Below, one piece after another: positions 13,276-26,030 of a DNA stretch of 64,000 nucleotides. Each line of letters starts with the position of its first letter. Within the stretch, counting starts at the first letter, position 1. The notes under the pieces are model-generated. The model had not been told where the DNA came from, made no database searches, and saw only the letters and a program-made list of their open reading frames with translations. The stretch is from the NCBI RefSeq assembly GCF_009914755.1, contig NC_060925.1. The stretch is one strand, 5' to 3'. The position numbers and the translations under genes are program-made. The DNA comes from the human T2T-CHM13v2.0 reference genome, Homo sapiens.

Positions 13276-16254
13276 GCCAAGCATGTATGAACTTCCACTT
13301 TCCTCCGTTCCCCAGTTCCTGCCTCTATGTAGACTTCACTCTGAAATTTGACTTCCCTCTAGGCACACTGAAGGGGAAAAATATAGGGCAGAAATAGTAC
13401 CCAGAGGCCAAATTCTTTCCTTTCCAAATCTAAGAACTTTGAGCAAGATGTTGGTACTCTTGCTCAAAGTACAGATGGTGGTACTCTAAGAGACATGGAG
13501 TATATGACCACATGCTCTGCAAGGTAGATGCCATTCTGTCAACTGAGTTTCAGAGGTGGAACACTTGGCTCAGCAGGTACGCAGCAGATCCTAACCCAGC
13601 TATCTGACTGGGAGAGCCATGTCCTTGCCATTCTTCTCCATCGCTGCCTTCTGGGCCTTCACAAACTCCAGCTGATTCCTTAACACTCAGGTTACATTTC
13701 TTTCCTACTTGAGTGATCCTACCCTTTCTTTCCTCAGAGCCCTGTTTCCATTATAACACTTATTATATTGATGATAAGTATTTCCTTCTCTGTCACCTTA
13801 ACCACTCACATACGAACTGCTTGAGGGCGCAGTAGCCCTCCTGGCCATGTTTGTAGCTCTCAAGATCCTTCAGATGGTGCCTTACAAAAATTCATTCAAT
13901 AAATGTTGGTTTCATCTAATTAAATTAACCATGAAAGTACAGTAAAGAATGCTGGGTTTAGAAAAGCTGTTTTATTCTACAAGAATAAGTCGCAAAGCAG
14001 TTAGATTATCACAGAAAGAAAAGAGACACAAAGTCCAAATAGCACTTACATTGCCTCAAACTGAGAGATCTTTCAAGAGGAACCTGTAAGAGATGCAAAC
14101 ACAAAGACAAGAGAACCCAGTGGATGGATTTGGGGTTGCAAAGTTGATAAATAAGGCAGAAAACGTGTATTGGTCAAGACTGACAAGACAACTGCTGAAG
14201 TCCTCAGAAGAAAAGTAATGAAGAGATGTTCTCTCATCAGGGTCCCCGGCTAACGTCCATCAGTGGGGGTTCTAACATTACACCAGATTCACTGGCCATC
14301 TGAAAGCCCCATAATTTCGGACGCAAGTTGCCCTTACACACACTTAGAACTTTTCCAAGCAGTTGTTTTCATTCAGCTTAAGGTGACAGGTGCAGAAGAA
14401 AATCCTTACTCTTTTACCCTTAACCGAAGCTCGAGCAGATCTTTAAATCAGTCTCTCTGAATTGAATCACGCATAAATAATAAACATAACCTTCACTCTC
14501 AAGTGATATCACGTCTCTTAAGACTTTCAATTTTCTAATACTTCCTTTAACATATTCTTTAAACCGATTTTTTAACGCGATGAACTCTTATCATTGAAAT
14601 TATGTAACTGTGTCTGAAATTTTTTATCTTAATTGGAAGAAAATATCATTGGTTTTATCTGTAATGATTTTATGTATGCTACTTTAATATTTACCTTAGT
14701 TTTCCTACACAGAGGATTGAAAACTCAATTTTATAGGTCTGAAAGTAAGAAAATAGACTTAGTAAGCTAATTTATTTAGAATGGTGGGGAAATGCAGTAT
14801 TCTGATTAATTCAATGATCTAATTAACTGAGCAACTCTGCTCACCAAAAAATTGAAGGCTGATTCTTAAAAAATTAGTACGATACTCCAACAAGACATAA
14901 TATACAACTTTATCTGTTTTGATTTCATTGGGGCATTGAGCTCTTACAGAGTCGTTCATTACAAACTTTACAAATTCTTACTATATAGTGTTTCTGAGGT
15001 AGAAGTTGTAAAATTCTAGCCATTATCAGTGAACAGAAGGGGCAGAGATGATTTTAACAAACCAAGGTTTCAAATTCTAGACAAAGCTCGGGATAGACAG
15101 TTTATTTCAGGAACCTCCTTCCCACCTTCATCAGTGTCTTCATTCCTCATTCTCTTTTCGTCCTCCCATTTCCTGTCCCCATTCCATCCTCCAAATTCCT
15201 CTAACCTCCTTTACATTCCAGCTAACAACTGCTGAAGTACTAAGCAATAACTAATATATTAGTTAATAAGCGATGAAAATGAGATAACCATGATTCAAGG
15301 AATATCTGTACTCAGTGAAGCTACTTAGACAGGCCCTCCAAACTGAAAGGTTAAATGACTTATCCTTAATACAAAAAAGACTTAAGGGTCTCCTGACCCT
15401 CGGCCTTGTAATTCAACTGCCCAACATTTCCTGGCACAAAACTTCAGCCATCCATCCACAGGGTTTTCCTCCTACCTGGTGAAGCCTTCCTTGCATCCAC
15501 CCTACCCCATGCTACCACCGCCTTCTTCACTTTGGTAAGCTGCCTTTGGAGGCAGGGCTCAAGGAATCACTGCATGGAGAAGTTTTTCCTAGGTTTCCTG
15601 GTCTGCCTTAGATACCCCCAGTGTGGCCCTTCAGTGCTCTGTGCACACATTAGAACATTTGCTATTTCATACAATAATTATTTCATACAATAATAAGTGT
15701 TTTCCCCCACTAGCTACACTGTAACCTCCTTACCAGACTTATCAGTCTTTATATTTTCAACATCTAGCAAATTGTCTGGTGCTCTCAGCCCATTAAGGTT
15801 AAACAAATGAAAGATTGCAATGAAACGAAAGGGGTTTGGGATACCCACATCTCAGTGGGGGTGGGATAAAAAAATACTGAAAATAGTAATTTAAAATGTT
15901 GCCAACCCCCACCATTAAAGATACAACTTCATATGTACAGAGCATATAGCACTATAGTGTTTCTGGCTTTTTTTATTTAAAAACACTCTGATATTAGCCT
16001 ATTAACTTTTCATTTGTTCCTCTCTCACTAAAGCAGAGCACAAAACAATCCCGTTTATTTAGGCTTCCCAATTGTCTGAGACGCAGATAAATAGGCTTAC
16101 CGCATTTGTGTGTGCTTTTATGCACTTTAATCCATATATTTCCCAGTTTGAACAAGACAATAAATTAATTCCTGTCTGTTTTAAACTAGTTTCTACTTAC
16201 TCAAAGATGTCACTACATAACTTGGAGTGGAAAATTTGAATAGTGAAAAAGAAT

Positions 16255-16440
16255 TCCTTGGTCCAGAAGTTAGTATACCTGCAAGTTTTAGAGCTCTCTC
16301 TGTCTCTGGCTGACTCTGTGGCCTTGGGAAAATTACATAACATTCATGGACCTCGGTTTCCTCATCTATAAAACCATCTATACAACACAGGAGTTGAACC
16401 AGGTGATTTTTAAGAGCCCTGTCCATTTTTAAATTCTATT
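16255..16440 (+). mobile_element. MIR/MIR3 SINE
   Basis: tgtggccttgggaaaattacataac...cctcggtttcctcatctataaaa...aggtgatttttaagagccc. Confidence 0.75.
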
Positions 16441-17559
16441 ATTATATAAGTCTTTAATTCTAACATAGAGCAGGTAGACTCTGAAAGTACTGGGAATAAC
16501 GATACTGTACTGTCAAACAAGGAAGATAATCTCCATCACATGCATTTCAATTTAAAATTCACAGCAAAGTCGAATTTGCACACACTATGTCTGAGTGGCC
16601 AAGAGTAATAGAACAAGTATGTGAAAGGAGCAGGAAGCAGGCAGAGGGAACCCATGCACTCTGGGAAACAGTACACAGCCTAAATGTATTTTCTCTCACT
16701 GATGTATTTTAAATTTGTGACTATGAATATACCACAGTGAACAGCTTGAAGTTCTTTGGAACAAACATCTTCTAAGGTCACTCCTGAAGGAACTGCAATA
16801 ATAACATTTGGCATATGCAGATAGAGTGCTTTGCAGACTGGAGCATGGAGAATTATGCTCGGCATGTTCCAGAAAAGATGATCCATGATTCAGGTGAAAA
16901 AAATGTCAGGTACATTTTTGACAGTGGCAGCAAACCCAAACAGTGTAACCAAACAATCAATATGGACGCCCTCATTAAAATCCCCCAGTAGCTGCGAGTT
17001 TGATTTTCAGCAGGGTCTGGACAGGAATAATAGATTTGGTGGCCTGGAGGAACATTAGAGGTTTTAATAAAAGGAACTTAAAATTACCATTGTTGGCCCT
17101 GGTTCCAAGGAAGCCCTGGTTGGGTGTCTGTAACAACACAGGATGAACCTAATTCCTCGCCTCTCGGATTCTTGCTATTCAGCTTAAAATGCCATTTTAT
17201 GTAAGCCTGATAATTTCTCCTCAAAAATAAATTCATAAAAATTGCTTGAAAATTCCTGATCAATGTTTTCAGCTCACATAGATATTAAACCGAATTTCCT
17301 AAAGCCTGAAAAGCTAATTATGCATTCAATTAGAGTTTCTTAATAAAGATTAAAACTCTGAAGTCTATTACAAGCCCATATTTAATTCAACTGCCATTTT
17401 ATCCACGCCATGTAAGTGTAAGTGGTAACAATGAATATAAATTATAATACACGCCATAGAAAGAATGCTATTTGTCCAAGAACGTTACTATAAAGAATTA
17501 AATTTTGCTATCAGTTCCATGATCTAGTTAAAATTGGTATTCTTTATTTGGTCTTTCAA

Positions 17560-18135
17560 TGTAGTCCAATTTCCTACTTTGAAAAACAAATTCTGGGGAA
17601 TAAAGAAAAGAGATTAATTTATCATTAAGACTCTGCTTAATTGAAGTCAATTCCGAACAAACTTGAATTCAATTTCTGCTCATTAAATTGAATGTGCTCT
17701 GCGTTCCTCTCTGCATTGCTTTGAGCAAGCAGCTGAGAACAAGGGACTAACATCAAAATTATTAAATTGAGGAGATTTTATTTGGTCTTCACATGCCAGA
17801 GCCGCTTTGATGAGGAGCTGTTTTGGCACTGAAAGGAAAGAAGAGCAGCTGGAGGAAAAATCAAATGAAACTAAGCCTTGGAAAATTGAAGAAAACGCAA
17901 GCTTAATAATATTTAATAATTAAATTTCCACAAACAATAGCGGCAAATGAAGTAATCTGCAAAGTCTGTGAACTCATTTGCATAATTGATGCCGGTCCCC
18001 TGTAAATGAATAATGAAGATAATAAAAGATGTTGCTAAAAATGGGCACAATAACAGCAAATTTCATCAAGCCGCGCTCTCTGATTAATCTGCTCTTGCAA
18101 ATCAGCACCGAGAGGGGAGCGCGTGATTAACCGCG
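17560..18135. promoter_or_regulatory. Candidate developmental enhancer (unique; homeobox/POU/SOX motif-dense)
   Basis: No recognisable repeat. ATTTGCAT octamer 17976-17983 overlaps TAATTG; AACAATAG (SOX) 17933-17940; TGATTAAT at 18081; many TAAT/ATTA cores. Function is inferred. Confidence 0.55.
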
Positions 18136-18600
18136 CCGAGGACTGCAGCAGGCGGCGGCGCTGCCCTTTCTCTGCGTGTCTCTGGGCGCGTCCTGCCCGC
18201 TCCCCGCGCCGCCCGCGCTCCTCTCGCCGCAGCTGCCGCTGGGGCTGCCGCGGGCGCCGCTCAGCCGGAGCGCGCCTCCGCCCGGCCCGCCCGCGCCCCG
18301 CAGCAGCGCGCTCGCTCCTTAACCACTTCGCCGCTGCCTTTCGTCGGGGCCGCGAGCGGGGCGACGGCCGCCCAGCGCCCCTGGCACCCCTGATCTCCAG
18401 CCGGGGCTCCCGGCCCGCGCCTTGGTGGCTGGAGGCCCAGGATGAGCCTCGATGGCGAGAGGCCCAGGATGCGCCACCAGGCCGGGCTCACTTCTTTGAC
18501 GCCGAATAAACTGACAAAACAATTAGCTGGCCGGCTGGGGAAGGTGGTGGGTGACTCAAATGCCAGTCGGCTGCGTGCCCCCGCGCTTAGATGAGTCTGG
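18070..18600. promoter_or_regulatory. CpG island (non-repeat, no coding exon evident)
   Basis: Very GC- and CpG-dense unique sequence in an AT-rich, CpG-depleted background; GC boxes (ccgccc). Confidence 0.9.
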
Positions 18601-19645
18601 GATTCTGGGCAGTTGGGACTTTCTTTTCAGGAAAGGAGGTGAGAGGTGCCGGGGAAGCCCACACGAGCAGCCACTCTTGGAGAAATGGGGAATGGCGCTG
18701 TAAAAGCGCAGGCCCTCCTCCTCCTCCTTTCTCCCCATCACTACAAAAAGGATGGGCCTTGAAAGGGATGAGTTTATTATGCACTTTTAAATGCCTATTC
18801 AGAAAAGAACAGGAGGCAAAAATAAAGATGCTTCCCACCCCACCAATTCCCTTCCCTCGAAGAAAAAAGGAAAGAGAAAGCAACCCACAAAGGTAAGCTG
18901 GGTATTTCAGATTTTGTGTCTTTTTTTTTTTTTTTGGAATCAAAATAACATTTTCCAGTTTGCCACTTACATTTTCGAGTGTATTTTTCTCAGGGCTAAC
19001 TCTAGGGGTAATAAAATCTCTGGAAGCTATTATGCCCATATACGTTTTAAGCAGGAGTTTGTGAAAGCAACTTTGCTGAGTGCAAACTTGAGACGATGAA
19101 ACTGAAAATACTTTGAAAAACACACTATCCTGTTCCAATGGAAATGCTGCACTTTACCAGCTCTCTAGGACAAAGTTGTCTCAGGAAAATGAAATTGTTG
19201 ATAAACCATAGTTCCAGACTGTTACTTCACAGCCCTCAGATTGCAATCAATCGTAGCCCGGGCCTAACAGGACTGACTCCAGCTTTTCATTTGTTTATAG
19301 TGTGTGCAATGTTTTATGCTTCAAATGCACCATGTCAACTATGCAAAATGATGCATAATTTTTGTTTGCATCCTGGATCCACCTCCACAATGGTTTTTGT
19401 TTAAAATAAAGGTCATGATTGTTTCCCATTATTACAGAATGGAAACCGATCCTAGACATCTGTGAAACGTATCTTAAAAATTCCACTACTGAGTTGGGAA
19501 AAGCAGAGAGTTCATGTTTACTTCATTGGCGAAGTCCAGTTGAATCTACTTAACTCGACCAGCTTTAATCCAATCTAATAAACCATGAGCTTGTTCCTGT
19601 GTCAAAAAAAAAAAAAAAAAAAAAGCCAATATGCTGCCCTGAGCC

Positions 19646-20122
19646 TGTGAAAGTTGTCAGAAACAAAATGGAGTCACTTGTGTTAAAAAATTAATTAATT
19701 AATTAATTAAAAGAACCCTGACAAATATAGCTGCAGAAGGCTATGAAAAAAAAGGTTCTCATGCATAAATGCCTGATAACAAAAACTATCACAAAAGACC
19801 CTGCAAAAACCACAGTCCTTGCTCAAAAATGATTACAGCCTTACACAAAAAATACTTCAGCAAGAACATCCGCCCAGTGACTGCCTATCCAACCTTCGAC
19901 TGGCATCACCCTTGCTATCGTTATGGGTCTTCATAGCCAAGGATAATTATCTCAAAACAATGATATAATCCTCATTTTTCCTTTAAAAGCCTTTGTCTTT
20001 CTTTACCTCCCTGCATGCCTGTAGTTTACTATGGCATGTGTATTCCCATTCCAATGCTCTGTTCCCAAATAAATGTAATTTCCTTTTAGACAGCCTCTCT
20101 CTGTTAGTTACTTAGGCTGATA
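19646..20122 (+). mobile_element. ERV1 (MER4-group) solo LTR; subfamily not assigned
   Basis: Begins tgtgaaagttgtcagaa.caaaatggagtcac, has cccaaataaa poly(A) signal, ends ttaggctgata; internal (TTAA)5. Confidence 0.8.
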
Positions 20123-22383
20123 GCCCCAAATTCCATCTTTCGCATTGCCATGTCATCAAATAAACCTGTGATTTTCTTGTTTTTGCTAAGCAAATGGCTT
20201 GTGTTGTGGTTAGTGTCTCTAGTGTAACAATCACTTTGTGTTTCCCTGACTCTCCTAAGTACAAAGAAATAGGAACCCCCGCACTTTATGTGGGAAAAAA
20301 CCAGAGACTGAAAAATTAATTAACTGCCCACTCTCACATGGGTCTACCACCATCTTCCAGGTCTTTCTTTCCAGACCTGTGGTCTCTCCCCACCTCCAGC
20401 CTCTTATGGAGAGCAAAGGAAGGAAATGGGAACAGGACTCAACAGCAACATTCCAGGAAAATGAATAGAATGTGGGAACGGTTCGAAATGATAAATCCAG
20501 GTGATAGAACGAGTTTCAAAGAGCAAGAGCCTGATGGTAATAGGGAAGCCAGGGGAACGGCAGAGGTTGTGCAGAAGACGACTCTGGCAAAATAAGGACT
20601 GTGGAGAGAAAGTAAGTGGCTTTTAAGATCTTAAACATGGGGTCAAAATTATACCATGAGAAGAAAGAAAAAGTCCCTGGGAGTGTTTGTAGACAGACCA
20701 AAGGACAGAACGTGAAGAAGGGCCTATGAGAGAATTGGTATCCGGAAGATTGTTTATGTGCAACACTTCTGAGGAATAAAGGGTGATAAACTGTCTCGTG
20801 AGAATGAACTACTGGAAGGACGGAGAGACACAAGGAATGGCTGCAGTCAAGGTGAAATGTAGGCCGTTGTGAGAGTTTCATCCCAGGGCATGATGAGAAT
20901 GCCAGGGCCTGATGCGTGTCAACGGTGCTTCATCTGCTCAGAGAGTGTCCTAAAACCAGTCAGACCCTAGATGTAGAAGTATGCCACCCAATGTCACCTA
21001 GCAGTTCAATGCCAGGGAGAGAAAATTCAGGCTTTCTTATCCCCCTTCTAGTGCAAGCCCATGGAATATGCCACTTTCCTAGTTAGGATTTGGAATTGGT
21101 CATTGGGAAGGGCTCCGAAGAGAAACTCTGAGAATTGTTGATTTCCATTTCAAATCCCCCTAATGCATAAAATAAGAATGTGTTCTGCGGTGTTCCTCAG
21201 CTTATTAACTTTTATAAAAGAAAGGAATGATCTTTGTTGTTACTTGAAAACAGCCACATTTGGAAAGGTCTACGCTACCCAAATGTAATAAAAATAAATT
21301 TTAGTTCAATTGGTCAGTCTTGAAAGCTAATTGAACAGTCATGCTTTGTTCTAATTATTCCTGGCTACCATTAAAGTGATGGAAAAGTAAGTACGTTTTT
21401 ATTGCCAACTCCTTGGGTTTTTTTCTCTTTTTTTAATTTGTTTGTTTTGTTTTTAAATAAGACTAACCAGTTTGGGCAAGGACCTAATGCTCTCTCAGCA
21501 GGTAAATTTTGCAACAATGTTTCTGAAACCCTGGGTTCTGGGATGCCGTGTGGGTCTTCATCACTTGCAAAAGCTGTACTCATGGAGCCTGAAATCTAGC
21601 TGAATTCTGCATGGGTACAAAATATGGTGTTCTGGTTGACTGGATACCATGATTAACTGATGGTGACAACACACATCATAAACCATTGTCTGATTCTTAA
21701 AAAATTCAAAGATCGTTAAAGGAGAGTTAGATGCCAGCTCATCTTACACAGAGCATCAGGCAGAAATTGTTGGTAATCTGGCAAATGAAACTACTCATAT
21801 CCTATGATGTTCGGTTTGTTTATAGACTGAATTTGCACATAATCGAGAGTTATTTCCTCACAAATAATTTATCTCTAATGAATAATGATGTCTTTGTTGT
21901 GAGCTCATGGTCCAAATAGCAAGTTTCCCCTAGTCATAATTATCTACAACTATTATGTTTTCCCATTCAATTAAACTTTTCTTACAGAAACGGAAAATTT
22001 TATTAAACTACTCAGAAATGATTAAGAAATTAGCATATAAACTAAAGAAGGCAATATTTAAGTAGGATACCCACAAGCCATTTAAAGAATAATTTATGGA
22101 TATACAGACACTTTAAACGAGTAAAGATTTTCCCCTACTGGTTATTCGTCCTTTTTCGTGGTAATTTTGCCATCTATGCTCCTCCCAAGCTAAAGCACAA
22201 ATTATTTATCTTCCCCGATTTGTTCAGGATTTCCCAGGATTTATTTACCACCCGCTAAAAGCAAGTGTCAAAACCCCTGTATCTGCCCTGTTATTTACCC
22301 TTCCCTCTAACTGGAAAACCATAAAGAAAATGAATCAAAAGAAAAGCTTGCAATTCTAAATTCTACTCTTACTTTTTTCCTAT

Positions 22384-23868
22384 TGAGAGGTGACAGCGTT
22401 CTGGCAGCCCTTGCAGCGCTCGCTCGCTCTTGGTGCCTCCTCGGACTCAGTGTCCGCTCTGGCCATGCTCGGGGAACCCTTCAGCCCGCCACTGCGCTGT
22501 GGGGGCCCCTCTCTGGTCTGGTTGAGGGCGGAGCCTGCTCCCTCAGCTTGCCCGGAGGTGTGGAGAGAGGCACGGGCGGGAACTGGGGCTGCGCGCCGCG
22601 CTTGCAGGCCAGCTAGAGTTCCGGATGGGCGTGGGCTTGGCGGGCCCCGCACTCGGAGCTGCCAACCGGCCAGCCCGGCCCGGCCCGGCCCCGGGCAGTG
22701 AGGGGCTTAGCACCGGGGCCAGCAGCTGCGGGGGGTGCGCCAGGTACCCCAGCTGGGCCAATCCACCCGCGCTGCGCTCGATTTTTCGCGGGCCTTAGCT
22801 GCCTCCCCGCGGGGCAGGGCTCGCGGCCTGCAGCTCGCCATGCCTGAGCCTCCCCAGCCCCCGGCGCCGTGGGCTCCTGTGCAGCCTGAGCCTCCTGGAC
22901 GAGCGCCGCCCCCTGCTCCACGGCGCCCGGTCCCATGGACTGCCCAAGGGCTGAGGAGTGCGGGCGCACCGCGGGACTGGCAGGCAGCTCTACCTGGGGC
23001 CCCAGTGCCGGATCCACTAGGTGAAGCCAGCTGGGCTCCTGAGTCTAGTGGGGACTTGGAGAACCTTTATGTCTAGCTAAGGGATTGTAAATAGACTAAT
23101 CAGCACTCCATATCTAGCTCAAGGTTTGTAAACACACCAGTCAGCACCCTGTGTCTAGCTCAGGGTTTGTGGATGCACCAATGGGCACTCTGTATCTAGC
23201 TAATCTGGTGGGGACTCGGAAAATCTTTTTGTCTAGTTAAGGGATGGTGAATACACCAATCAGCATGCTGTATCTAGCTCAAGGTTTGAAAATGCACCAA
23301 TCAGCACTCTGTGTCTAGCTCAGGGTTTGTAAATACACCAATCAGCACTCTGTATCTAGCTAATCTAGTGGGGAGGTGGAGAACTTCTGTGTCTAGCTCA
23401 GGGATTGTAAACACACCAATCAGCACCCTGTCAAAACGGACCAATCCGCTCTCTGTAAAACAGACCAATCGGCTCTCTGTAAAATGGACCAATCAGCAGG
23501 ATGTGGGTGGGGCCAGATAAGAGAATAAAAGCAGGCTGCCCTAGCCAGCAGTGGCAACCTGCTGGGGTTGCTTTCCACTCTGTGAGTGCTTTGTTCTTTG
23601 GCTCTTTGCAATAAGTCTTGCTGCTGCTGACTCTTTGGGTCCACGTTGCCTTTGTGAGTTGTAACACTCACCATGAAGGTTTGCAGCTTCACTCCTGAAG
23701 CCAGCGAGACCATGAACCCACCAGAAGGGAAAAAGTCCAAACACATCCCAACACCAGAAGGAACAAACTCCAGACATGCCGCCTTTAAGAACTGTAACAC
23801 TCACCGTGAGGGTCTGCGGCTTCATTCTTTAAGTCAGTGAGACGAAGAACCCACCAATTCTGGACACG
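22384..23868 (+). mobile_element. Solo LTR12 (LTR12C-like, ERV9), full length
   Basis: Begins tgagaggtgacagcg; GC-rich U3; tandem caccaatcagcactctgtatctagct units; gagaataaaagcaggctgcc promoter core; ends ccaattctggacacg; 4-bp TSD ctat/ctac. Confidence 0.96.
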
Positions 23869-24689
23869 CTACCACACCAGATTTGATTCAATCAATGTGT
23901 ACTGAGCACCCACCATGTGACAGACACTCAGGAAACGGGTGAATAAATATGGGCACTGCCTTCCAGGAGTTTTCCCCCACCTGGGTACCTACGTGTACAC
24001 AAATAACGTTTAGGTAATGTAGTAAATGCAATAGCTGAGCCTAAAAGTTCTGGGATGGTGTCATGAGAAGAAAAATGGGAAAATTATGTGGTAGCTTAAT
24101 TCATAACCTCCTTGTTAATTTTGTGATGATTTTTTTTCCAACCACAAATGCTATAATCCCTCACCTTCAACAGGTGTGAAGAGGCTCCCTTATTAACAGT
24201 TCTAGTAGGCTATTGACAATCACATACTTCATTCTAGATTGTCCCACAGAATGACCTTCTCATTGAACATAACCTTGTTCAGCATTCTCCTATACAACGT
24301 TGATTTCTTAAGTTGCTATATACTGTATATTGGAAATATTTTAGATATATATCTATGTATACCTAAATATCTACATGTTTCACTCTGGGCATTAGATTAC
24401 AAGTTTCACAGTGGCTTGAGATGCCATTAAGAAACAAATATTAAAATTATCAGGCAATTAGTAATTGGTGGAAATTCTTGGACCTTGTGATTGGCATTAT
24501 AAACATCACTGTAGCCTGAGAGGATTGTCCAACAAACATATGATCAATAGCTGCAGGAAACTACAGCTGGAGTGTGTTATAACTTTAAGGGATATGAAGA
24601 AAATGTAAAAGTGACTGCCACAGTAGAGTGCCACGAACCTTTATCTGCAGAGACAATGCTCTAACAAGCCTGTGTGCCAGACTCTATTA

Positions 24690-25150
24690 CCTTCACCTGT
24701 AACAGGAACCCTACTAAAATGGCTTAACCAAATAAGGATTTGTTTTTCTTTTAAGGGGAGGCATGTGAGGGCTAGTTCAGCAGCCCCACAATTCTATCAG
24801 AGACCTAATTTTCTCTCTCTTGTTCATCATCCTTACCATGTAGCTTTTTTCCTTATAGTCATAAGATGGATGCTTTACCTCCATGCATTTTTCTGCATTC
24901 TAAGCAGAAAGAATAAAGAAGGGGAAAAGGTGTGTGTGATCTGAGTTTGTCCCTTTTTATAGGAAAATAATAGCTTGCCCAGGGCCTCACCTGGTAAGGT
25001 TTTGCATACAAATTATTGGGTAAACTACGTCACACAGCCTTAACTGTAAAAGAATCTGGGGAAGTGAGAAATTTTAACTGGGCACGTAGTTGTCCCAGAC
25101 AAATCCAGGTAAGGAAAAAAGGGGAAACGGATATTGGTAAAGAACCAGTG
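24690..25150 (-). mobile_element. Old MaLR LTR (MLT1J/K/L-like)
   Basis: tgtaacaggaaccc...tggcttaaccaaataagg...gtcataagatggatgct...aagaatctggggaagtgag. Confidence 0.65.
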
Positions 25151-25750
25151 TTTATTCAGTTTGTGTTTCCAGTTCTTATAAGTATCCCCTGAGACAAACT
25201 AGTGTGTACAACTACCTTGTATTTAAATTCCATGTACTACTGTTGTAAAATAAAGATTCTAAATAATTTTCATTGTATCTTCACTTATCATCACTTTCAC
25301 ATATCATCACTTTCCTTGGGTAGAAGGTAATGTTTTTGTAAATGTATTAAGTGGCCTGACCATTTTTGAAGGCTTGTCAATACAGCCAATATTACTGTAA
25401 CTAAATATACACACACACATATATGTAAGTTTAAACATATATATTTAAACTTTATTCTGGATCTTGATCTCACACTATGCTACATTTTTGGAAGGACTTT
25501 GTGTCCATCCTACTGCCAGAAGTTTATTGGCTAATTTAGAATAAATGAATGAATAACATTAAGAAATGGCTTAATACACAAGACGGGTATGAAAGTAGTT
25601 AAGTAACTGCAGGATTGTGATGTGGGTCAGCAAAAGAAGTAGAAGAGTAAGGTGGATGATATATTTTTATCGCTGTATATCTGTCTTCTTAAAAAGCATT
25701 AAGTACCTGCACATAGCGCAGTTGTCAAAAGAGATGTTTTACTTGAGTGA

Positions 25751-26030
<280 letters not shown>

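Noticed and set aside
12324-13397. 357-aa His/Thr-rich ORF and overlapping Cys/Val-rich ORFs
   Set aside because: Translation of the CA-rich array, which has few stop codons in any frame; no domain; the ORF begins at TTG rather than ATG.
18123-18522. Arg/Pro/Ala-rich ORFs in the CpG island
   Set aside because: Stop-codon scarcity from high GC content; the plus-strand ORF begins at GTG; no recognisable protein.
22380-23825. Many overlapping ORFs, and a CRISPR-like look of the repeated caccaatcagcac...tctagct units
   Set aside because: All lie inside LTR12. The units are its known U3 tandem repeats, there are no unique spacers or cas genes, and the DNA is eukaryotic.
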